Assembly: GCA_046704885.1 (NCBI GenBank)
Contig: JBJKRB010000150.1
Coordinates: forward strand, 32,527 to 96,526
Length of the DNA stretch: 64,000 nucleotides
Source: Thermoanaerobaculia bacterium
GTDB taxonomy: Bacteria > Acidobacteriota > Thermoanaerobaculia > Multivoradales > JBJKRB01
Reading direction: 5' to 3'
Shown here: piece by piece, positions 17,009 through 26,860 of the stretch
Numbering within the stretch: the stretch's first letter is position 1
Layout: each line of letters starts with the position of its first letter
Translations under genes and position numbers: made by a program
The notes under the pieces: model-generated
Told to the model about the DNA's origin: nothing
Seen by the model: only the letters and a program-made list of their open reading frames with translations
Database searches by the model: none

Positions 17009-18256
17009 TCAACCCTTCTCGTTTCGTTGCGCGCTTGCTCTCGCGGCGGCCTCACCGAGACTTGCCCGCGAGGTGAGGAGCTCAGCGGTGTGGCGGGCGA
17101 TGATCAACTCCTCGTTGGTGGGAATGACGCGAACCGTCACGGCGCTTTGATCGCTCGAGATCCGTCCATCGTCACGTTCGTTGCGCGCGGAGTCGAGCTC
17201 GATGCCGAGAAACCCGAGGCCCTGGGCGATGCGCTCCCGGATCGCCGGGGAGCGCTCGCCGATGCCGCCGGTAAAGACCAGATGGTCGAGGCCCCCCATC
17301 ACGGCCGCGAGCGCCGCCACGTTCTTGCGCGCTTGATAGCAGAAGAGCTCGATCGCGAGCCGCGCCCGCGGGTCGCCTGCCTCTCGACCCAGGAGATCGC
17401 GCATGTCGGAGCTCGTGCCCGAAACGCCGAGGAGCCCCGAGCGACGATTGACAAGCTCGTTGAGCGCATCAGGGTCGAGCTTCAGGTGGCGCACCAGATA
17501 GACCAGGACGCCGGGATCGAGGTCTCCGGAGCGAGTGCTCATCACCAGGCCTCCCGCCGGCGTCATCCCCATCGTGGTCTCGACGCTCGCCCCGTTCTCG
17601 AGCGCCGCCATGCTGGCGCCGTTGCCGAGATGGGCCACGACGGCCCGACCCGACTTCTCTCCCTTGCCCACCAATCGCGCCAGCTCGCGGGCGATGAACT
17701 CGTAAGAAAGACCGTGAAAGCCGTAGCGTTGAACGCCGCGCTGTTCGAGCTCGCGCGGCAGCGGCAGGACCTCGGCGACGCGCGGCATGGTGCGGTGGAA
17801 CGCGGTGTCGAAGCAGGCGACCTGTGGAGTCTGGGGGAAGCGACGGGCGACGGCGTCGATCCCCTCGATCTCACGCGGCAGATGCTCGGGGGCGAGGGGA
17901 ACGAGGTCGTCCAACGCCCGCCGCAGCTCGTCGTCGATCCGCCGCGGGCTGCGGTAGGCGGCGCCGCCATGGACCAGGCGGTGCCCGACGCCGTCCGGCG
18001 GGCGGCCGAGCCGATCCTCGACCCAATCGAACAGCCGGCCCCGCGCCGCCTCGTGGCCTCTGAGAGTCGCCACCTCGTCGACGATCAGCTCGCCGGTCGC
18101 GTCGCGCACCCGGAAACGGGCGCTGCCGGTCTCGCTCTCGAGCAGGCGGTCGAGCTTGCCGGCACAAACGAGGTTCTCGGCCTCACCCATCCGATAGAGG
18201 GCGAACTTGAGGCTCGAGGAACCGGTGTTCAGAGTGAGGATCGCGAGCGCCGCCAT
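17009..18256 (-). CDS. ackA: acetate kinase
   Basis: LNTGSSSLK, GHRLVHGG, FDTAFH, RYGFHGLS, HLGNGAS, FTGGIGE, TNEE. Confidence 0.95.
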   Translation of the reverse strand: MAALAILTLNTGSSSLKFALYRMGEAENLVCAGKLDRLLESETGSARFRVRDATGELIVDEVATLRGHEAARGRLFDWVEDRLGRPPDGVGHRLVHGGAAYRSPRRIDDELRRALDDLVPLAPEHLPREIEGIDAVARRFPQTPQVACFDTAFHRTMPRVAEVLPLPRELEQRGVQRYGFHGLSYEFIARELARLVGKGEKSGRAVVAHLGNGASMAALENGASVETTMGMTPAGGLVMSTRSGDLDPGVLVYLVRHLKLDPDALNELVNRRSGLLGVSGTSSDMRDLLGREAGDPRARLAIELFCYQARKNVAALAAVMGGLDHLVFTGGIGERSPAIRERIAQGLGFLGIELDSARNERDDGRISSDQSAVTVRVIPTNEELIIARHTAELLTSRASLGEAAARASAQRNEKG

Positions 18257-18295
18257 CCTTCCGATCCTATCGGAGCGGCAAACAGGGAACGCTAT

Positions 18296-18520
18296 CTATA
18301 GAGGTGGGAGGCGATGAAGAGGCTTCCCGGCACCCGTCTGACCAGACAGATCCCTCGTAGTGCCGGGGACGGCCGGCATCGCTCTCTGGCTCGAGACCTC
18401 CCAAGGCCACGGCACGCTCTTGACCGTCGTCCCCGCCGGCCCCGCCGTGTAGCTCGAGCAGCCGACGGCAAGGAGCGCAGCTCCCAAAAAGACCGCGCTC
18501 AAGTTCAATCGCCGCTTCAT
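18296..18520 (-). CDS. putative small lipoprotein (74 aa)
   Basis: MKRR + hydrophobic stretch + lipobox LAVG-C; fills the gap between the SDR and ackA on the same strand. Confidence 0.55.
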   Translation of the reverse strand: MKRRLNLSAVFLGAALLAVGCSSYTAGPAGTTVKSVPWPWEVSSQRAMPAVPGTTRDLSGQTGAGKPLHRLPPL

Positions 18521-18625
18521 CACCAACAGTCTGCCACACCCTTCCGTATAGAGGTGCCAGGCACATTTGGTGGGGCGGCTTGGCACCGGTCCCCGAAGGC
18601 GCTAAGTACCTTCGTGGACCGGTTG

Positions 18626-19375
18626 CTAGCGGGCCAGATAGCCACCGTCGACCGCGTAGTACGAGCCGGTGATGAAGGAGGCCTGGTCTGAGCTCAGCCA
18701 GACGATGAGCTCGGCGACCTCCTCGGGCCTGCCGAGGCGACCCATGGGATGGAGCGAGATCAGCCACTTCTCGATCTCCGGGTCCTTCTTGAGGCCGGCG
18801 ATCATGGGGGTCTCGATGAAGGCCGGGCCGATCGCGTTGATCCGGATCCCCTCCTTCGCGTACTCGATGGCAGCAGTCTCGGTCAGCCCCAGGAGGCCGT
18901 GCTTGCTGGCCACATAGGCGGGGGACTTCGAGAACGCCACACGCCCAAGAATGGAGGAGACGTTGACGATCGCGCCGCCCCCCGCTTCCAGCATCGCCGG
19001 GATCTCGTATTTCATACAGTAGAAGACCCCCGAGAGGTTGATCGCGATCACCTTCTCCCAACCCTCGACGCTGTAGTCCGCGGTGCGATTCGCTTCCCCA
19101 CCGACGCCCGCGTTGTTGCAGGCGACGTCGAGCCGGCCAAAGGTCTCCTTTGCGCGTCGCACCAGCTCCGCGCACTGCTCGGGATCGGACACATCGGCGC
19201 AGACGAACGCGGCCTCGCCGCCGGCCTCGTGGATTCTCTCGACGGTCTCCTCGCCGCCTTCAACGACGAGATCGGAGACCACGACACGCGCTCCTCGCTG
19301 GGCAAAAATCTTCGCCGCGGCGCGCCCGATACCGGATCCCGCGCCGGTCACGATTACGACTCTGCCGTCGAACAT
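18626..19375 (-). CDS. short-chain dehydrogenase/reductase (glucose 1-dehydrogenase-like)
   Basis: TGAGSGIG, NNAG, catalytic YVASK, ITG...VDGG. Confidence 0.93.
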   Translation of the reverse strand: MFDGRVVIVTGAGSGIGRAAAKIFAQRGARVVVSDLVVEGGEETVERIHEAGGEAAFVCADVSDPEQCAELVRRAKETFGRLDVACNNAGVGGEANRTADYSVEGWEKVIAINLSGVFYCMKYEIPAMLEAGGGAIVNVSSILGRVAFSKSPAYVASKHGLLGLTETAAIEYAKEGIRINAIGPAFIETPMIAGLKKDPEIEKWLISLHPMGRLGRPEEVAELIVWLSSDQASFITGSYYAVDGGYLAR

Positions 19376-19452
19376 GGACGAGCCTCCCTTCGCAGCGGCC
19401 ACCGCCGCCTACGACAGGCCTTCACGAGCCGCCGGCGCGGGCCGACCAAAGA

Positions 19453-20514
19453 TCATTCGGGCGTGATCTTGATGATGGCGCCCGCCCGCGGATCGCAAAC
19501 GAAGGCATCACCCGCGGGATCCGTGGCCACGCAGTGACCGCCGCGCGCCGTCGCGTACGTCCCCTCCGGCGTGAGCTTCCCATTGGTGGCGACCGAGAAC
19601 ACCGTGAGGGTAGCGCTCCTCGCGCCCGGAACGAAGAGGCGACGGTGGGCGTCGTTGAACGCGACGATGTCGACCCCGGCCCCCGCCGCGGCGTGCGCCA
19701 GGACCTTGCCGTGGTCGTCGAGGCCGAGAACCGAGACTCCTCCTTCGCTACAACCGACGAAGAGGAGACCGTGCGCGGGATCCTCGGCCAAGCCGCGTGA
19801 ACCCGAGCAGCCATTCTTCCAGTGGTCGACGACCTTGAGCGAAGCGAGATCGATCACCGCCGTTTCCTCTTTCCACAGGTTGGCGTAGGCGCGGCCGCGG
19901 CCCGCATCGACGACCAGGGACTCCGGTCCCCCGGCGACATGGATCGTGCTCTTCGAGGTCAGATAGCTCGGGCCGGAAGGAGAGAACGCGAAAAGCTCGA
20001 TCTGCTCGGCGCGAGGCTCGGTCACCCAGATCTCGTGCCGGGAGGGGACGTAACGGACGTAGTCGGGCCCGGACTTGAGTGCAGCCTTAGCCAACACGTG
20101 GTGGCTCTTGGCGTCGACCACCACCAATGCGGGACCGCCATGGTCGCTCGCCACGAAGCGCCCGTCGACATAGACCGCCGAGGTCGTGCCGCCGCCCCGA
20201 TGCCGGCCCCGGGTGCCGCGCGGAGCGGGAGATGACGACGCCGTCACCTTGGGTATCACCGTCACCTCGTTGCTCTTGGGATCGATCAGAGCCAGGGCTC
20301 CGGTCCTGCCCGCGGGAACCAAGATCTTCCCCAGCTCGGGCACGAAAGCCAGGTCATCGAAGCCTACGCCGCCACCTCCGCCCGGAATCGCGATCAGAGT
20401 TCGCTCTCCCTTGGCGGCGGCGCTCGCCGGTCCGGCGGACACCAGACCTACGAAAAGGCTCAGCACCAACGGAATCGAAATGGACATCACACTAGGCCTA
20501 CGAAGGGACCTCAT
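19453..20514 (-). CDS. secreted YVTN/YncE-like beta-propeller protein
   Basis: Signal peptide ending ASA; repeated propeller blades (GFDDL, GPDYV, GPESL, GVDIV). Confidence 0.7.
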   Translation of the reverse strand: MRSLRRPSVMSISIPLVLSLFVGLVSAGPASAAAKGERTLIAIPGGGGGVGFDDLAFVPELGKILVPAGRTGALALIDPKSNEVTVIPKVTASSSPAPRGTRGRHRGGGTTSAVYVDGRFVASDHGGPALVVVDAKSHHVLAKAALKSGPDYVRYVPSRHEIWVTEPRAEQIELFAFSPSGPSYLTSKSTIHVAGGPESLVVDAGRGRAYANLWKEETAVIDLASLKVVDHWKNGCSGSRGLAEDPAHGLLFVGCSEGGVSVLGLDDHGKVLAHAAAGAGVDIVAFNDAHRRLFVPGARSATLTVFSVATNGKLTPEGTYATARGGHCVATDPAGDAFVCDPRAGAIIKITPE

Positions 20515-20530
20515 CGCAGCTACCTCCTTC

Positions 20531-21163
20531 TCATTCCACGAGGCCGCGCTGAATCGCGTAGTGCATCAGCTCGGCGTTGTTCTTGAGTTGCATCTTTTCG
20601 AGAATGCGGCTGCGATAGGTGCTGATCGTCTTGACGCTCAGCGCCAGCTCTTCGCCGATCTCCGAAACCGTCATGCCGCGCGCGATCATGCGCAGCACCT
20701 GAAACTCTCGATCCGACAGGTTCTCGTGCGGCGCCCGGTCGAAGTTGGCGTCCAGACTGAACGCCATCTTCTCGGCGAGCGCCGCGCTCACGTACTTACC
20801 CCCCTGCGAGATCTTGTGGATCGCTCCAATCAGCTCTTCGGGAGCGCTCTCCTTGGTCATGTAGCCATCGGCGCCGTCGCGTAGGCAGCGCAACGCGAAC
20901 TGATCCTCGGGATGCATGCTGAGCATCAGCACGTGAATCTGCGGCCGCCGTGCCTTGATCTCCTTGAGCGTCTCGATCCCTCCTCGGCCCGGCATCGAGA
21001 TATCGAGCAGAATCACATCGGGCTCGGCTTTCTTCGCTAGGTCGAGCGCCTCCTGGCTGTCGGCCGCTTCGCCTACCACTTCGAAAAAGGGCTCCTCCGA
21101 CAGGATCCGGCTCAGCCCCTCACGCACGATTGCATGATCATCGGCGATCATCACCCGAACCAT
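20531..21163 (-). CDS. NarL/FixJ family response regulator (REC + LuxR HTH)
   Basis: IADDH, LLDISMP, LSDREFQVL, LSVKTISTYR. Confidence 0.95.
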   Translation of the reverse strand: MVRVMIADDHAIVREGLSRILSEEPFFEVVGEAADSQEALDLAKKAEPDVILLDISMPGRGGIETLKEIKARRPQIHVLMLSMHPEDQFALRCLRDGADGYMTKESAPEELIGAIHKISQGGKYVSAALAEKMAFSLDANFDRAPHENLSDREFQVLRMIARGMTVSEIGEELALSVKTISTYRSRILEKMQLKNNAELMHYAIQRGLVE

Positions 21164-21164
21164 T

Positions 21165-22643
21165 TCAGCTGCTCCCCGGACCTTCTAGCGGCATCTCGAG
21201 ATGCACTTCGGTCCCCACGCCCGCGTTGCTCGTCACCTCGACCGTACCCCCCAGCATCAGAGCTCTCTCTCGCATTCCCAGCAACCCAAATGACTTGACT
21301 CGGGTAATGCCGCCGGGGTCGAAGCCTCGCCCATCATCGGCGATGTGCAGGCTAAGCCGACCGCCCCTGACCACCAATGACACCCGTACACGTCTCGCCT
21401 CGGCATGCCGAGCGACATTGGTCAGTGCTTCCTGAAGGATGCGGAAAACCGCGCTCGAGCGGTCGCGATCGATCTCGAGCGCTACGCCTGAGGTCACGAC
21501 CTCCGTGGCGATGCCGGTCCGCTCTCCAAAATCGCCCGCTTGCCATTCGATCGCCGCCTCCAGACCGAGATCGTCAAGTACGCTCGGACGCAGTTCCGTG
21601 GCGATACGTCGCACGGTGGCGATCGTCCGATCGAGCAACTCGCTCATCGAGCGCGTTCGGTCAGCCAAGGAGTCTCCTCCCTGGTCGCGGTGACGATCTA
21701 CCCAAGAGACTTCCATCTTCAGGGCGGTCAGTGCGTGCCCGAGCTCATCATGAACCTCACGCGCGATCCGCGCTCGCTCTTCTTCTCGCACCGATTGCAA
21801 GTGCGACGAGAGATCCCGCAGCTGCCTCAGCGAAGTGCGAAGCTGCTGCTCGGCACGCTTGCGCTCGGAGACATCGCTGATGAAGACCACGCAACCCGTG
21901 AGCTCGTCTCCCTCACCAAAGGTGGGGTCGAGTGAACAACGAACCCAGATGTCGCGATCGGGGAGATGTACCTCCTCCTCGATGTGGCCAGGCGCTCCCT
22001 GCAGCCTAGAGACGTCGAACAACGGCGCCGGTTGGGCGACACCTAGCAGCTCCTCCAGCTTTCGCCCCAGAATGCCTTGGAAGGGAAGGGCGAAGAGCTC
22101 AGTCGCTGCCCTATTGGCGCGAATCACGCGGAGCTCGTGGTCCAGCATCACGATGACGTCCTGCGCCGAGTCGAAGGTCTGTCGCCACTCTCGGGCCACC
22201 TTTTCGATCGCCTTCTCGATCCTCTTGTATCGGGTGACGTCGCGCGAGACGCAAAGGAACTCCGCCACCCCAGAAGAGCGAGGCGGAAGAATCGCGGAAA
22301 GGTCGCTCTCAAGCCAGACGAATTCCCCGTCGCCTCTCTTCAGTCGGTAGACGACCGAGGCAGATTCCTTGGCGTCCTCCTGAAGAGCAAACGCGGTGAG
22401 AACCGCCGCAAGATCCTCGGAGTGAACCAGATCGTCGAGACGGCGCCCGATGAGATCATCGGCAGAGTAACCGATGATGCGTCCAGCGGATGGCGAAGAA
22501 AAGAGAATCCTCCGATCGGGAGCCAGACGGAGCAGAATCTCGCTCGAGCTCTCGGCCAGGAGCTCATAGAGATTTGGCGAATCATCCGCCGGGTCAGCCA
22601 TGGGTGGCGACGCAGCCGTGGGTCTCATCGCTCTCTTGCTCAT
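21165..22643 (-). CDS. two-PAS sensor histidine kinase (HisKA_3)
   Basis: Two PAS/PAC domains, EERARIAREVHDELG, QEALTNVARHA, DDGRGF, GLLGMRER. No TM helix. Confidence 0.93.
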   Translation of the reverse strand: MSKRAMRPTAASPPMADPADDSPNLYELLAESSSEILLRLAPDRRILFSSPSAGRIIGYSADDLIGRRLDDLVHSEDLAAVLTAFALQEDAKESASVVYRLKRGDGEFVWLESDLSAILPPRSSGVAEFLCVSRDVTRYKRIEKAIEKVAREWRQTFDSAQDVIVMLDHELRVIRANRAATELFALPFQGILGRKLEELLGVAQPAPLFDVSRLQGAPGHIEEEVHLPDRDIWVRCSLDPTFGEGDELTGCVVFISDVSERKRAEQQLRTSLRQLRDLSSHLQSVREEERARIAREVHDELGHALTALKMEVSWVDRHRDQGGDSLADRTRSMSELLDRTIATVRRIATELRPSVLDDLGLEAAIEWQAGDFGERTGIATEVVTSGVALEIDRDRSSAVFRILQEALTNVARHAEARRVRVSLVVRGGRLSLHIADDGRGFDPGGITRVKSFGLLGMRERALMLGGTVEVTSNAGVGTEVHLEMPLEGPGSS

Positions 22644-22747
22644 CCTCGAGTCCTGCTCTCATTGTATGCTCCTCTCGAGAGCCGTGGCTCCCAAGCGGCC
22701 CTCCGATCACGAGCCTAACGGCCCAGGCACCGCACGAGAAGCGACCC

Positions 22748-23464
22748 ATGGAGAGCCGTCTAGAGCTGCCAATCTCACCCCAGCCTGACGACTTCACCTG
22801 TGGACCGACCTGTCTGCAGGCGGTCTACGGCTACTACGGCGAGAACCTCCCTTTGCGCAAGGTCATTCTGGAGGTGCGGAGCCTCGAGGAGGGCGGCACC
22901 CTCGCGGTTCTCCTCGGTTGCCACGCCTTGCGTCGCGGCTACCGCGCGACCATCTTCACCTACAACCTGCATATCTTCGATCCCACCTGGTTCGCCGACA
23001 AGGGAACCGATCTCCGCGCCCGGCTCGAGCAGCAACGCCGAGCCAAGCGTGGCCCCAAGCTGCGCGCCGAGACCGACGCCTACATCGACTTCCTCGAGCA
23101 CGGTGGCGACATGCGCTACGAGGACCTCACTCCGGCTCTAATCCGACGCTTTCTGAATCGCTCGGTTCCTATCTTGACCGGCCTGAGCGCCACCTACCTC
23201 TACCGCAGCGCCCGGGAGCACGGTCCCGAGAGCGAGCCCGATGACATCCGCGGCAAGCCGGTCGGGCACTTCGTCGTGCTCGCCGGCTATGACCCAGACG
23301 AACGTGAGGTCTTGGTGGCGGACCCTTTGATGCCAAACCCCGTATCCAAGAGCCATACCTACCGGGTCGGAATCGATCGCCTGATCGGCTCGATCCTCCT
23401 CGGGATCGTCACCTCCGACGCCAACCTGTTGGTCATTGAGCCGCCGCGCGAGTCGAAGCGCTAG
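22748..23464 (+). CDS. peptidase C39-like (papain-fold) protein
   Basis: QPDDFTCGPTC (Gln, Cys), GHFVVL (His), VADP (Asp). Start at ATG 22748. Confidence 0.8.
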   Translation: MESRLELPISPQPDDFTCGPTCLQAVYGYYGENLPLRKVILEVRSLEEGGTLAVLLGCHALRRGYRATIFTYNLHIFDPTWFADKGTDLRARLEQQRRAKRGPKLRAETDAYIDFLEHGGDMRYEDLTPALIRRFLNRSVPILTGLSATYLYRSAREHGPESEPDDIRGKPVGHFVVLAGYDPDEREVLVADPLMPNPVSKSHTYRVGIDRLIGSILLGIVTSDANLLVIEPPRESKR

Positions 23465-23468
23465 AGCC

Positions 23469-24938
23469 ATGTCCGTTCTCATCGTCGTCAACGAACCCAA
23501 GCAGTGGCCCCTGACCATCCCCGACGTGGACGTCGTGGCGGCACGCACCTACCTCACGGATCCCCACTACAGCGAGCTCCGCGGCCTCAAGGTTTTCAAT
23601 CTCTGCCGCACCTATCGCTACCAGTCGCTGGGGTACTACGTCTCGCTCCTGGCCGCGGCGCGTGGGCATCGTCCCCTACCCAGCATCGGAACCATCCAGG
23701 ACCTCAAGTCCCAGACCATCATCCGCCACGTCTCCGACGAGCTCGACGAGCTCATCCAGTCTTCCCTCGCGCCGATCCAGTCGCAGCGCTTCGTCCTCAG
23801 CATCTACTTCGGTCACAACGTGGCGAAGCGCCACGATCGCCTCGCCCGCCACCTCTTCAACCTCTTTCCCGCCCCTTTGCTGCGCGCCTACTTCAAGCGC
23901 GGCGAGACCTGGCTGCTCCAGAACATCGATCCGATTCCCGCTTCCGAGATCCCTCCAGAGCACCGCGATTTTGTCGTCGAGGCGGCGGGCGAATACTTCG
24001 CGGGGCGAAGGCGCAGCCGGCCCCGCCGAGCCGCCGCACGCTACGACCTCGCCATTCTGCACAACCCCCAGGAAGCCAATCCGCCCTCCAACGAGAAGGC
24101 GATACAGAAGTTTGTCCGCGCCGCCCAGACGGTAGGCTTCGCCACCGAGCTCATCGAGCGCGATGACTATGGCCGCCTCGCGGAGTTCGACGCGCTCTTC
24201 ATCCGCGAGACGACCAGCGTCAATCACCATACCTACCGCTTCGCCCGCCGCGCCGAGGCCGAGGGACTGGTGGTCATCGACGATCCTGACTCGATCCTGA
24301 AGTGCACCAACAAGGTCTACTTGGCCGAGCTTCTCGACCACCACAAGCTGCCGGCGCCGCGCACGGTCATCGTCCACCGCGACAACATCGACGAGGTCGT
24401 CGCCGAGCTCGGGCTGCCGATCATTCTCAAGCAACCAGACAGCTCGTTCTCCGAAGGCGTAGTCAAGGTGGAGAGCGGGGAGAGCTTTCTCATGACGACC
24501 AGGCGTCTGCTCGAGCGCTCCGAGCTGGTCGTCGCCCAGGAGTTTCTGCCCACCGATTTCGACTGGCGAGTCGGCGTCCTCGCCCGCCAGCCGCTTTACG
24601 TGTGTAAGTACTTCATGGCTCGTCATCACTGGCAGATCATCAAGAGGGACCGCTCCGGCCGCACCCGCTACGGCCAGGTCGACTCGATCCCGCTCGACCA
24701 GGCCCCCGAGCAAGCGGTACGCACCGCGGTCAGGGCGGCGAACTTGATCGGCGACGGCCTCTATGGGGTGGATGTCAAGCAGGTCGGGCACCGATTCAAC
24801 GTGATCGAGATCAACGACAACCCGAGCATCGAGGCGGGCGACGAGGACAGCGAGCTCAAGGACGAGCTCTACCTGCGCATCATGCGCGAGTTCCTGCATC
24901 GCGTCGAAGCGCGCAAGCAGCCAGGGGGAAGGCGATGA
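23469..24938 (+). CDS. RimK-family ATP-grasp ligase with N-terminal RLAN domain
   Basis: NLCRTYRYQSLGYYVSLLA.ARGH (RLAN), CTNKVYL, LKQPDSSFS.GV, QEF, YGVDVK, IEINDNP. Confidence 0.9.
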   Translation: MSVLIVVNEPKQWPLTIPDVDVVAARTYLTDPHYSELRGLKVFNLCRTYRYQSLGYYVSLLAAARGHRPLPSIGTIQDLKSQTIIRHVSDELDELIQSSLAPIQSQRFVLSIYFGHNVAKRHDRLARHLFNLFPAPLLRAYFKRGETWLLQNIDPIPASEIPPEHRDFVVEAAGEYFAGRRRSRPRRAAARYDLAILHNPQEANPPSNEKAIQKFVRAAQTVGFATELIERDDYGRLAEFDALFIRETTSVNHHTYRFARRAEAEGLVVIDDPDSILKCTNKVYLAELLDHHKLPAPRTVIVHRDNIDEVVAELGLPIILKQPDSSFSEGVVKVESGESFLMTTRRLLERSELVVAQEFLPTDFDWRVGVLARQPLYVCKYFMARHHWQIIKRDRSGRTRYGQVDSIPLDQAPEQAVRTAVRAANLIGDGLYGVDVKQVGHRFNVIEINDNPSIEAGDEDSELKDELYLRIMREFLHRVEARKQPGGRR

Positions 24939-26230
24939 ACGCGGCGCCGGCCCTGCCTCTGTTCGGCGCCGTCGGAGTCGAGCTCGAGTACATGATCGTC
25001 GACCGCCAAACGCTCTCCGTTCTGCCCTGCTCGGACGAGCTCTTGCGCTCTGTCGCTGGCCGCTATGAATCCGAGGTCGAGCTCGGCGAGCTCGCCTGGT
25101 CGAATGAGGTCGTACTGCACGTCGTCGAGCTCAAGACCAACGGTCCCCGCGCTTCGCTCGCCGGGCTCTCGGAGCTTTTCGCGCGCGACGTGGAGCGGAT
25201 CAACCGCCTGCTCGAGCCTCTGGGCGGACGCCTGATGCCGACCGCCATGCACCCCTGGATGAAGCCCCTTGTCGAGACCAAGATCTGGCCGCACGACTAT
25301 AGAGCCGTCTACGAAGCGTTCGACCGGATCTTCGGAGTGCGCGGGCACGGTTGGTCGAACTTGCAGAGCGTCCATCTCAATCTTCCCTTCGCGGATGATC
25401 TCGAGTTCGCTCGCTTGCACGCCGCCGTTCGCCTCCTCCTGCCGCTGATGCCGGCGCTGGCCGCGAGCTCGCCGATTGTCGAAGGGAAATCCACCGGCCT
25501 GGCCGACAATCGTCTCGAGGCCTATCGGCACAACGCGCGGCGGATCCCATCGATAACCGGCGCGGTCGTCCCGGAGGCCGTCTTCTCGCGCTCCGAGTAC
25601 GAGGAGAAGATCCTCGCGCCCATGTACTCCGACATCGCGCCGTTCGATCCCGAAGGAATCTTGCGGTACGAGTGGCTGAACGCGCGCGGCGCCATCGCCC
25701 GCTTCGATCGCAACACGATCGAGATCCGGGTCCTCGACATGCAGGAGTGCCCACAAGCCGATCTCGCCGTCGCCGCGGCCGTGATCGTCGTTCTCGAGGC
25801 CATGACCAAGGAGCGATGGATCGATCTCGAGACCCAGAAGGCATGGCCGACGGAGAGGCTCGCCGCGATCTTCCTCGCCACGATCGCGCGAGCCGGGAGC
25901 GCGGTCATCGAAGATTCGGAGTTCCTCGCGGCCTATGGCTGGCGAGAGGCGCGCGCCCCGAGCGCCGCCGAGCTCTGGCGTCACCTGGTCGCGGAGGTCA
26001 CGCCCCAGAACGCGCCGACGGATACGGCCTGGCGCGCACCCCTCGATCTCATCCTCCAACAAGGAACCCTGGCGCAACGGATCGTGCGGGCGCTCGGCGA
26101 GCGTTTCAGCGCCGAGGACCTACACCGGGTCTACGGCGAGCTTTGCCGCTGCCTCGCGCTCAATCACTCCTTTTCTCTCCGTACCGAGCCCGCCGGAGAG
26201 GAAGTGGAAGCAACGAACTCGGGGTCATGA
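24935..26230 (+). CDS. glutamate--cysteine ligase family 2 (GCS2) / carboxylate-amine ligase
   Basis: GVELEY, HVVELKT, MHPW, SVHLN, ASSP, RGAIARFDR.TIEIR..D. Confidence 0.85.
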   Translation: MNAAPALPLFGAVGVELEYMIVDRQTLSVLPCSDELLRSVAGRYESEVELGELAWSNEVVLHVVELKTNGPRASLAGLSELFARDVERINRLLEPLGGRLMPTAMHPWMKPLVETKIWPHDYRAVYEAFDRIFGVRGHGWSNLQSVHLNLPFADDLEFARLHAAVRLLLPLMPALAASSPIVEGKSTGLADNRLEAYRHNARRIPSITGAVVPEAVFSRSEYEEKILAPMYSDIAPFDPEGILRYEWLNARGAIARFDRNTIEIRVLDMQECPQADLAVAAAVIVVLEAMTKERWIDLETQKAWPTERLAAIFLATIARAGSAVIEDSEFLAAYGWREARAPSAAELWRHLVAEVTPQNAPTDTAWRAPLDLILQQGTLAQRIVRALGERFSAEDLHRVYGELCRCLALNHSFSLRTEPAGEEVEATNSGS

Positions 26231-26860
26231 GCGCGTCCTGGAGCGGCGCGCCTTGAGCCGCTGAAGCCGGACGCGTTCCTCGCGCTCGCGCTCATCGAGA
26301 GCCGAGCTCACCCATTTGACCGTCGCTTCCAAACGCGGAGTGACGCGCTGCTCGAGAGTGTTGACCTGTCGCGAGGTCTGAACCAATGCCTCTCCCAGAC
26401 GTCTGAGCAACTGCTCGGTGGACGCAGCGGCGAGCAGCAGGTCGACCATCGCCTCGATCCCGTCCGCCGCCTCGACCGTGGCCAGACCGGCGCTTCCCGG
26501 CGGAGTGCCCCGCGCCGCGGCGGTCCTCGTGACCGCCGGACGCTCGACGATCTCGCTCGTGGATAGGCCCCACACCTGCCCCTCCTCGAGGTCCACGTCG
26601 AGCTCCCGCGCCGGCCAGCCGTAGGTCGCGAGACTCTCTCCACCGGAGATCGCCAGGGCCTCCAGCAATCGCGCATACGTCCTTGAGGCCTGGCGGTCGA
26701 TCTCCTCCCGCGCATCGACCGCCGGGCGCGCGATGCGGAAGAGCTCCCCGACCAGAGCTTCCCGCTTGCGTTTCAGAAGACCGGTGCCCTTCGCCACCCG
26801 ATCCATGCGTCGCCGGGCACGCACCAGATTGAGCCGCGTCGCTGGAATCGATCCGCTCAT
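26225..26860 (-). CDS. atpD: V/A-type ATP synthase subunit D
   Basis: ATR.NL, GLLKRKREAL, T.RQVN.LE, L.EREREE..RL; last gene of the operon. Confidence 0.9.
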   Translation of the reverse strand: MSGSIPATRLNLVRARRRMDRVAKGTGLLKRKREALVGELFRIARPAVDAREEIDRQASRTYARLLEALAISGGESLATYGWPARELDVDLEEGQVWGLSTSEIVERPAVTRTAAARGTPPGSAGLATVEAADGIEAMVDLLLAAASTEQLLRRLGEALVQTSRQVNTLEQRVTPRLEATVKWVSSALDEREREERVRLQRLKARRSRTRS

